Source of the DNA: Geosiphon pyriformis uo1
Taxonomy: Eukaryota > Fungi > Glomeromycota
Direction: 5' to 3'
Assembly (NCBI GenBank): GCA_016748015.1
Contig: JAAOMT010000366.1
Location: 100,040 to 164,039, forward strand
Length of the DNA stretch: 64,000 nucleotides
Shown here: one piece after another, positions 55,154 through 64,000 of the stretch
How positions within the stretch are numbered: the first letter of the stretch is position 1
How the letters are laid out: each line of letters begins with the position of its first letter
Program-made: the position numbers and the translations under genes
Notes under the pieces: model-generated
What the model was told of the DNA's origin: nothing
Seen by the model: only the letters and a program-made list of their open reading frames with translations
Databases searched by the model: none

Positions 55154-58100
55154 CTACACAGCTATATGAACTGAAATATCATTGCCAATACCAGAAAAGA
55201 ATGAACATGACTTATGAAAACCAAAATAAACACCAAAAACATCAGCAATTCCAAGCAACTTAACAATACCAGCAAACAGCTCAGACGACAGACCAAAAAT
55301 TGAAGCAGATATCAAATCATCAGATGGAATCAACTCATTTTTTTCTATGAAGACTTGGTGTTTAGCACAAACTGACCATATGCCATCCTTGAAGCTAAGA
55401 CTGAGAGTGTGCACAAATTTCACAATTTTCTAACTCATGAGTTTGGGATCATGAAAGGCAGACACAGCTTCCTGGAACCAATTGTCAAAAACAAAACCTT
55501 TAAAGAGGGCTGTAGACACAGAGACATCAAAAGCACAAAACAACAGAAGTTGAAACACACAAGAAGAGAAACAAGAAAGACCAGAAATCAGCTCTCAGAA
55601 AGCTGCATGGGTTTCCAACAACTGATGGTGAGTAGGGAGATCAATCACACAAGAAAAACCATGATCAGAAAATTCAACTTCACCACAGAACAAACATAAT
55701 ACACTAGGGTAACATCTGGAGTATAATTGCTTCTGCACAGCAACAAGCAGTCAATGGTGTAAAACCTTCATAAAATATGTACACAAACCAGCAGATGGTT
55801 TGCTTGTAAAGCCTGTAGCCATATGTAAATTAGGATGCCATACCAAGAAGAATCTCAACCAATCAATGTCTGATACCAAATCACCTGCCAAAAATTTTGA
55901 GCCAGAACCAACTTTTCAATGTGCATGATAAACTGATCTAAAAACATCTTGGACAAAATGTCTAGAATTACCAAAAACAAGCTCACCACCGGCTAAAAAG
56001 CAATGGCTCTTCAAATAGGGAGAGAAGGTGCCAATCAGAGTCAGAGACAACAGCAGCAAAAGTATTTGCACAATTATTTCTCACAACACCTGAGTGATCT
56101 TTCACTTTAATCCAATTTATTCTCAAATTTTTGCAACAAATAATGTTTACAATATGCTGATGCTCAACTCAACACTAAATGCAAAAATCTGGACAAATAA
56201 AATGCAACTCTGATTTGCACGCATCCAGAGCAGTCTGACTATCAGAGTGTAAGCAAACTGAGCTAAGAGGAGGAACACATTTCAATGCCAGAGCTATGGC
56301 CTGTAGTTCTGCCAAAGTAGAAGACAACAAGCCAGTGACTTTTATGCCCAAACCCAAACCAATGTTGTCAAAAAAGACAGTAGTGCCAGTCTTTCTCCAT
56401 ACAGTGCCCAAATCTTTTAGAGAATTATCCATATAGACAAACAGACTATCAGTACTAATACAAGACAACTGATCACATACCAACTTAAATTCTTGAGACT
56501 TCAGAATGTTCAAAGACTTACCAATATTTTCAAAGAAAGATGGACTAGGAGAAAAAGAAGCCATATTATTGAGAAAGGTAACAGAAAAACCAAACTATTC
56601 AGAAACTGGACCACGAAGATCCAATCTCTTTCAGCACTTAAAGGTTTTCCAATTAAAAATAGCACCATGGTAATCACAAAGCTGATCTACAAAGGCAACA
56701 CCATACTGATATAAAGAGAAGAGACATGCACAGGACTTAGCTTCTTCAAGAACCATTAACATAGGGACTCCACTCTGACAATGAAATGGATCATCCAAAG
56801 ATCCACTCAGAGAAAGATTATTTTTTGCCAAAATATGGATCACACCAGCTAAAAAATTATTCAAAAGACTAATGCGAACATGTACTAGGGAACTCAAGAG
56901 GTAAATAAGATGTCAACACAAAACTTGCAAGTCATAAGACCTATAAAAGAACATATGACCCAAAGTCCTACCAGAGTTTGTGAAACTCACAAGCAAGACT
57001 ATTTTGCCTTCAAATTGCATCTGCTCAAAGGACTTCAAACCATAAAGGGAAGAGTGATGGATCAAATTATTTGAGAAGTCAAAAGGAAGGTTGGATTTCA
57101 ATTTAAGGTCTTTCCAAACCAAAGTATCCTATTTGTTGTATATATCAAAAAGTAAGCTGAATTAAGTCCTATAACTCACAATAGGATAGATAACAGCTGA
57201 AACTAAGTACAAAAATTGTTTATCTGAAATGGCTTTTCTTAACACAAGGTTAGAAAAAAACCAAATATCTAACTGTGTTTTGGCCAAGTTAGACTTTGAA
57301 AGACTCTTAGTTGAAAGATAGATGCCCAGATATTGATGAAATTTCCCTCTTTTCACAATAGCAATGGGTGAGCCACTGATAACCAAAGAAGAACTACCAA
57401 CTTTACAATTAATAGGGATGACAACAGTCTTGTCTGTATTAATAGAAATGTCATTGACCTGAAAAAATTTACTGGCAATATTGAGAATATGCTGAGTAGT
57501 ACTCTGACTGCTACCAACCCAAATTGTATCATCGACAAAAGCTCCAGCAGCAAAGAAGAAAGACAACCCAACAATGAATTCTGAATGACCATTTTTTGAA
57601 ATAAAATGCGAATTCAATCTGTATTCACACACACTTTTTTGTCTCTTAACTTTGTAAAAAAGAGAATTATAGAATATACACCAGAGAAGTGGTAAAAAAA
57701 TCTTCCTTTGATCCAAGCCATTATGAACATGATATTTATCAGTTAAGCTGAAGTCAGTCATAACTTTGTTGACGCAGTTGCAATAAATACTACTAAAAAA
57801 ACGTATGAACTTGCTACACATTTTAATTCTAATCAAACTTCTTCTAAGATGCTTTCAACCAACAGAATTATACACCTTCTACATGTTTTGTAAAACTAGC
57901 CATAGTTCACAGTTCTTCTTCAGAGCATCTTCTATCACCGAGCCAACTGTGAAAATAGGTGATTGTATAGAAGTACTCTTCAAAACAGAAAAGTTGTCAC
58001 CACAAAGGACATTGAATCTGTTACATGTCAGAGAAATCCTATCAGACAGAATCTTGGAGAGAATCTTATGGGCCGTTTCAATTAGGGCAATAGAATGGAT

Positions 58101-59842
58101 GTTCGTAAAAACCCCCTCCCATTCATATGATTTAGGGATCATTGAGACCCAAGCCTTCTTCCAAAAACTAGGCACAGATTCAATAATCAAACAAGTGTTT
58201 AAAAGCTCTAAAAGCATATCTATGACAGATTTGTCACAGTATTTCCAAAATTTGTTGGAAATACTGGAAAGACCAGCAGCTTTGCCATCAGGCAGATCAA
58301 AAATCAAACCAAACAATTCATTGAAAACAACCAGCTGCATCACATCTGAAAAAGCACCATCAAAGACATACTTTAGAGACTAGTATTGACAAGACCATTC
58401 ACTAGAAATATCAGAAACCATTTTGTATCTCCTAGTTCATTCCTCCATAATCATATTCACCTTAGTCTTGACCAATTCAGGCTCCAGAATCAATTCATCA
58501 CCAACAACTAGATGGTCCAATTCTACCTTACAGAACGGACACTTTAAAACACTCTAGATAGTGTGACCCTTATCAGAAATAAAGCTCTTCATATGCCTAT
58601 CAATGACAGACCTAATACTTGACTCTCGAGCCTTCAAAGATTCAGCGAGTTTGGAAGCACAATAAGATTTCCACACACCAAAAAGAGCAGTTCTAACACA
58701 ATCAAAATCCACACCAGAGTTCAAAAAAACCTGCACTGCCAAGACTTTGTCAGAGTCTAAGGAAGCCCAATGACTCATCAAAAATATAAACCTTACAGAG
58801 TCCTGGCCATAGGATGCTTTGACTATTTTTGAAACCAAAATTTCTAATCTGTAAAACCTAAAAGAGCCCTTGATGAAAATGCTATCAAAGCCTTTGAACC
58901 ATTTTTTCTTAAATGAATTATTAGTTGAAAAACCATCACTTTATGAATAATATCTCACATAGAATCTAGATTAGAAGAAACCACAAAGAAAGCAAACTCC
59001 TTAGAAAACATAGCAGCATTTGCTGCCATTGACATTTTGAACTTATACTACTTAACATTATCAGCACTTTTGATATCATACTTTCAACAATCTTTATTTG
59101 CTTGTTTGCGAATAAAATTCAGATGTGTATCCAATAGTCCACTCAAGCCTATACACACAGAAACTGCTCTATGGTCAGAGTCAAAATAGTCACCAATATT
59201 GGCTATACCACAATCAACTACTGCACTAATCAAGTTGTGAGAAATGAATATGTAATCAATAGTCTTAGAAACACCTTGAAAGTTAGCCCACATCAGCATT
59301 TTAGCAAACAAGTTCCTACCCAAAGAATTAACCAAGCCGAAGTTTGAGCATTTTTTGAAACTGGTACTCTTACGTAAACCATTCTTATTAAAATCACCAC
59401 CCAGCACAACAAAGAAGAATTCATTCACAGCCTTGGCAATCAGCAAATTGATGTTGTCAGCCTGAAAAAACTGAACATCTGAAGAAGCACTAGCATACAG
59501 TCCCAAAATTGTAACAGAAAGTTTGTTATTAAAAAGTAATCTAATAAAAAAGAGCTGTTCAGACACCTCAGAAATCTTACAAACATGCCTTGCCTGAAAG
59601 TTGTCCATAACAATTGCCACACCAGAACTCAAGTGACCAGAATCCAGATCAGAAATAAAAACACGAATGCCATTGAATTTATTAGCAATCTAAGAATGAA
59701 CTCTGTTTTTTAACTTAGTCTTAGTGAAAATTGAAATCAAATTGTTCATATCTTTGTGCCAACAAATAATGTTATTCTGCTTGGCAGAATTGTTTATCCT
59801 TCTAATATTGCAAGTAGCAATCTTTCAAACTAGACTGGTCAT
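55154..59842 (-). pseudogene. LINE ORF2: APE - RT - RNase H - CCHC
   Basis: MTSLV*KIATCNIR, LGGDFN, TIDYIF, DSDHRAV, GKAAG, IPKSYEWE, FVDDTIW, YLGIYL, VYMDNS, AELQAI, HSDSQ. Confidence 0.92.
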
Positions 59843-61699
59843 TGAGATGGAAGGAGAGCTGAAAAATCTGCACTAAAACACAAACAATCTAACCTTTCCA
59901 AAACTGAACTGATTGAAATCTCAAAAGCTACTACTTTTAATTCCAATCCACCCACCTTGAAGATCAGAACCTTAGAAAAACTAGAACTAGAATCATGAAC
60001 AATGTCATTAACAGCTGAAAAAAGAGGAGTAGAAGTGGAAGCCAATGTCATATCATCTAAAGCCATATCCACATCCAAACGTGGTATCAAAAAGGCGGGA
60101 GTGGCTGGAAGAAAAACACTAGAAGAGATCACTGTTGGTACCAGCTCTATGCCACTTAATTTTTTCAATATACTGAATGCCTGATTTGTCAAAAGCTCCA
60201 AGAAGCATTCCAAAGTATTCAGATGATCATTTAAAGAAGAGTTGTTAGCTGAGATGAGAGAAAAATCATTAATTGAATTTAAGGCACCAAAAAGAGGGGG
60301 ACTAGAACTGGAACCATTACTGAAATGAGAACCACCAGAAGGACCAGCAAGTGAGACCACTTGAGCCCAAGATTTGCCACCAAAGGCAGCCAGCTGAGAT
60401 ATCAGAACATTTTTTTTTTTATACAACTTTGCCAATTGAAGATGACATCCATCAGATGCAACTCTTTTAAATATTTTTGAGGGCTCAGATGGGAATGCAA
60501 CAGGTGCATCATATTTCAGAGCAGAATGACCAAACTTCTCACATTTTTCACACCGAACCAGATCCATCTTTGTCCAAGAAAGTTTAATGCCGCCAAGAAT
60601 TGGCTTTATGCAAAAAGCAGATTCCAGATCATTGTCAGATTCAAAACCGACTACAACACAACAAATCCTATTACCAGTTTCCAGAGATTTGTTTATAACA
60701 CAAGTTTTTCAACCAGCCCTATTCAGAAGAGTTCTAAGATCATGTGCTATTGTTCTCACCAGCAAAGTAAACAGAAATGCTTTAAACTAATCCTTTAAAG
60801 CCCAAGTCTCACAATCTCCCACTGTTTTGGCTATGTGCACAGAATCTTTACCAATCAAAAACAACCACTTAGAGGCTAACAAATCAGTTTGGTCTAATTC
60901 AGCAAACTTCACCACAGCTTTTTGTCACATTCTAATCAGTTGAATTTTGATCAACTTAATTTCCCCAAATTTGGGCACTGCAGTGATGATTATATCTTTA
61001 GGTGCATCCATAGAAATTTCCTTAATTACCACAGCCCGATCTGATCTCATTTCTTGTCTTTTAAGATTGCTGTTTATGTCAATCCCTTTTTCTTTGGCCA
61101 ATAATGTGGCTATTTCCATGTTTTTTCAGAGGTAAATGTTGATCAGATAATCCCTTCAAATTTTGAGGAGGTAGTGGCCTCCTCAAAACCATTGACTATT
61201 GAAAAATTTTTCTTAATGAACTGAGTTTTTGCTGTAGCAGATTTGCCCTCCACTGCCGAAAGATTGATATTCAAAACAAATGATTTTCTAACAAAAACTT
61301 TCACAGGGATTTTCACAATCTTAGGATCAATTCATTTTTTTTCCAAAGATATACCGAGAGGGGGTGGAAGGAGTTCCACTTCTTTTTTCATTTTATAATT
61401 GGAGGAGCCAAGAGGAAACCCAAAGATTATGCTGGAATTTACTCTTTTTGCTTTAGGAGTAGTAACTGCCGAGCCTAAAAGTGACCCACTGTTGATATCT
61501 TCCATGACTATATTGTCTTTACCACAACTCAATTTACTATCCATGTCCAAATACATGCCACCAGAACCAAGTTTGACAAGAAAAATATCTCTTTTATCAC
61601 CTAAATGTTTAATATTACCAAGAACCACTTTTTTTTTTGGGAGAAAGACCCACCAGCAGGACCATAGAAAGTACCCTTAAGCACTTTCTTTTTAGACAT
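59839..61699 (-). pseudogene. LINE ORF1
   Basis: MSKKK.. start, AVVIKEI, RCEKCEKFGHSAL, ends PSQ-TGA overlapping the ORF2 ATG. Confidence 0.82.
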
Positions 61700-61859
61700 A
61701 CCATTGCTAAAAACAGTCTTTAAATTCACAACAAAGAGGTTATTAGTTAAAGAAATATTAATATAAACTTAATGAAAAAAACTAAAAAACTTTTTTTTCA
61801 GAAAATGCACTCTTTGAAGATTATTTAGAGGTAAGAGAAAAAAAAGTTTTGACTAATCT

Positions 61860-62200
61860 TTTACTTTTTTTAATATTTTAAATTTAAATATAATTTATAT
61901 ATTAATCTTATAAAAAAATATAATAATATTAATTTATCTAAAAATAAATTTTATATTAAATTAATTATTTTTTTGGGAATATTAATCTAATTTATTAAAT
62001 TTAATATAAATACAATTGTTGTATTTTTGAATAGTTTTGTTAATAATAATAGTATATTAATTATTATAATAAGTAAAATGTCTTTTTAAGATAAGTTTTT
62101 TTTTATAATTTTAATATAATATTGTTTTAACTGGTTTAAATACCTAATTACATATAGAAAAAACATAATTTATACTTAGTTTAGATTATTTAATTTTTTA
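61860..62200 (+). mobile_element. Saturated 3' fragment of LINE-A
   Basis: aatattgttttaactggtttaaatacctaattacatatagaaaaaacataatttatacttagtttag (62117-62185) equals the stop region plus 3'-UTR module. Confidence 0.5.
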
Positions 62201-62579
62201 AAAAAGTTTTTAAATAAATTTAATTAAAAAATATATTATAAATAATATAAATTTTAGCTGAATATTTATTTAAAAACAAGTTTTAAAAATTTTAAAATTA
62301 TCTATTAAATTAATTTTTAATAAAAAAACAAATCAAACAGAAAAACAAAAAATTAGGTTTGATAAAATTTATTTTATTTTTGTTGTATTTTAAACAATAT
62401 TTTTTGATTATTATAGTAAATATAAATAATTATTTATATAATAAAAAATGAAATAAATTTTGATACTTTTATAAAAAAGCTACTTTTATATTATAAATTA
62501 AAATAAATAAATAAAAAAAAAAAGATTATTAAAAATAAAATTTGATTAAAAAGTAAATTAAATTTGTAAAAATTAATAT

Positions 62580-63454
62580 TTTTTTTTTTTTTTTTTAATG
62601 AGTGAAGTCCAAACACTATCTAGTACTATACATCATGCAAATAATCTAAACTAGGTGTAAATCATGTATTTTTTATACGTAACCAGCCACTCAAACCAAT
62701 CAGAACAACACTAGACATCTATATGAACAGAAAACATATCACCTATGTCAGAAAAAAACAGACAAGATTTACAAAACCCAAAGCTAATACCAAAGGCAAC
62801 AGTGATACCTAATAACTTAACCACACCAGCCGAAAGTAACTTAGAGAAGCCTATAACAGAAAAAGGGAGAAAACCATTACGTAGAATTAAACCATTTCTC
62901 TTCATAAGAGATCTGTATTTGGCACAACCCAGCCAAACCTCCTCCCAAAAAGCAAAACAAAATTTACATACAAAGTCCATAATGGTCAGAACCACCACTT
63001 TGGAATCCTTAAAAACAGCAACTGATTCATGGTACCAATCATTAAAAACAAAATTTTTACACAGAGCTGTGTCTACTACAACACCAGAAACACAATTTGA
63101 CAACAACTGTATGACACACGAAGAAGAACGAGAAAAACCAGTGTAAGCCTCCCAAGCAGATGCATGAATATCAACTAACTGAGTGCAGGCAGAAGCATTA
63201 GATGGGCAAGAAAACACATAGTCAAAGACTTCAACATCACCACAATAAAGACATATCATGCTGGGATAGTACTTATTATACAAACATTTGCATACAGCTA
63301 CAGGAAGCTGGTGATATAACATCTTCATGAAATATGTTCGACAGTTGGCAGTATGTTTACTGGTAAAACCAGCAGCCAAATAAGAATTTGGATGCCACAC
63401 CAAAGAAGATCTGAACCAATTCACGTCTGAACACAAGTTACTCAATATGACCTG
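62580..63454 (-). mobile_element. 5'-truncated LINE-A 3' end with 9-bp TSD
   Basis: Open 244-aa ORF2 C-terminus (WHPNS, CLYCGDVEVFDYVFSC), 3' UTR, T tail; TSD AATTAATAT at 62571-62579 and 63455-63463. Confidence 0.9.
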
Positions 63455-64000
63455 AATTAATATATATAATTAATTTTAAAATTATAACTGTTTAATTTTT
63501 CTAAAAAATTTAAAAGTATAGTAATACTTTATTATTATTTTATGTTTTATTTATTTATTTTTTTTAGAATTAATTATAAAATTTTTAAAATTTTATTTAT
63601 AAAAATTAATTTGTTTAATAAATATATAGTTAAATTTATTAGTGTTTTAATAATTTAAATTAATTTTTTATTGATTATTAAAAATAAATATCAAAATTTT
63701 TTTATATTAAAAGTATTATTATTATTATTATCTTGTTGTTTGAAAATTTATAAAACTATAATATATATTTTTTAAAAAATAAAAATAATAAATTTATTAA
63801 TAAAAATTAAAAAAAATAATTAATAATTTTGTAAAAAATATAAAGTATTAATGTAAAAATTATTAAACTTAAATATATAAATATGTTTAAATAAAAAATT
63901 AAATAAGTATTTAAATAAAAATTTGTTAAATACTTAAATAAAATAAAAGCAAATAGTTTTTTTAATTTATATAGCTTAAATTATTGGTTATATATAAAAA

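Larger units (their letters stand above)
55022..61853 (-). mobile_element. Full-length (~6.8 kb) LINE, family A, inactivated
   Basis: Poly(T) at 55022, 3' UTR, ORF2, ORF1 and a 5' UTR similar to 43312; no TSD recognised. Confidence 0.92.

Noticed and set aside
43458-63146. Many antisense or alternative-frame ORFs within the LINEs
   Set aside because: Shadows of ORF1/ORF2 with no independent motifs.

Overview
Eukaryotic, very AT-rich fungal DNA with spliceosomal introns. The content (TKL kinase-Sel1 genes, LINEs carrying RNase H, Ty3/Gypsy relics) points to a Glomeromycotina genome; it resembles Geosiphon-type repeats, but that is recollection and inference, not a search result. I can build only one intact gene: a 2-exon, 285-aa N-terminal SAP-domain protein (21757-22712, -). 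The first 31 kb also holds two kinase-Sel1 pseudogenes, a TIR-complete but broken Tc1 (DD34E) element, a second Tc1 relic, an ABCA fragment and a 206-bp TG..CA element. 15.3-20.3 kb and 31.5-64 kb are nested retrotransposon graveyards: two full-length ~6.8-kb LINEs, 5'-truncated copies with TSDs, and older LINE and Gypsy copies so saturated with C>T/G>A changes that they look like featureless AT DNA yet can be decoded by reversing transitions. Highlights: (1) a graded, retroelement-focused, RIP-like transition hypermutation that spares neighbouring genes and the Tc1; (2) an ATGA stop/start overlap coupling LINE ORF1 and ORF2; (3) a conserved, apparently structured LINE 3'-UTR module with a GTCACGTG core that also occurs, unmutated, inside an LTR-like element and as solo copies.
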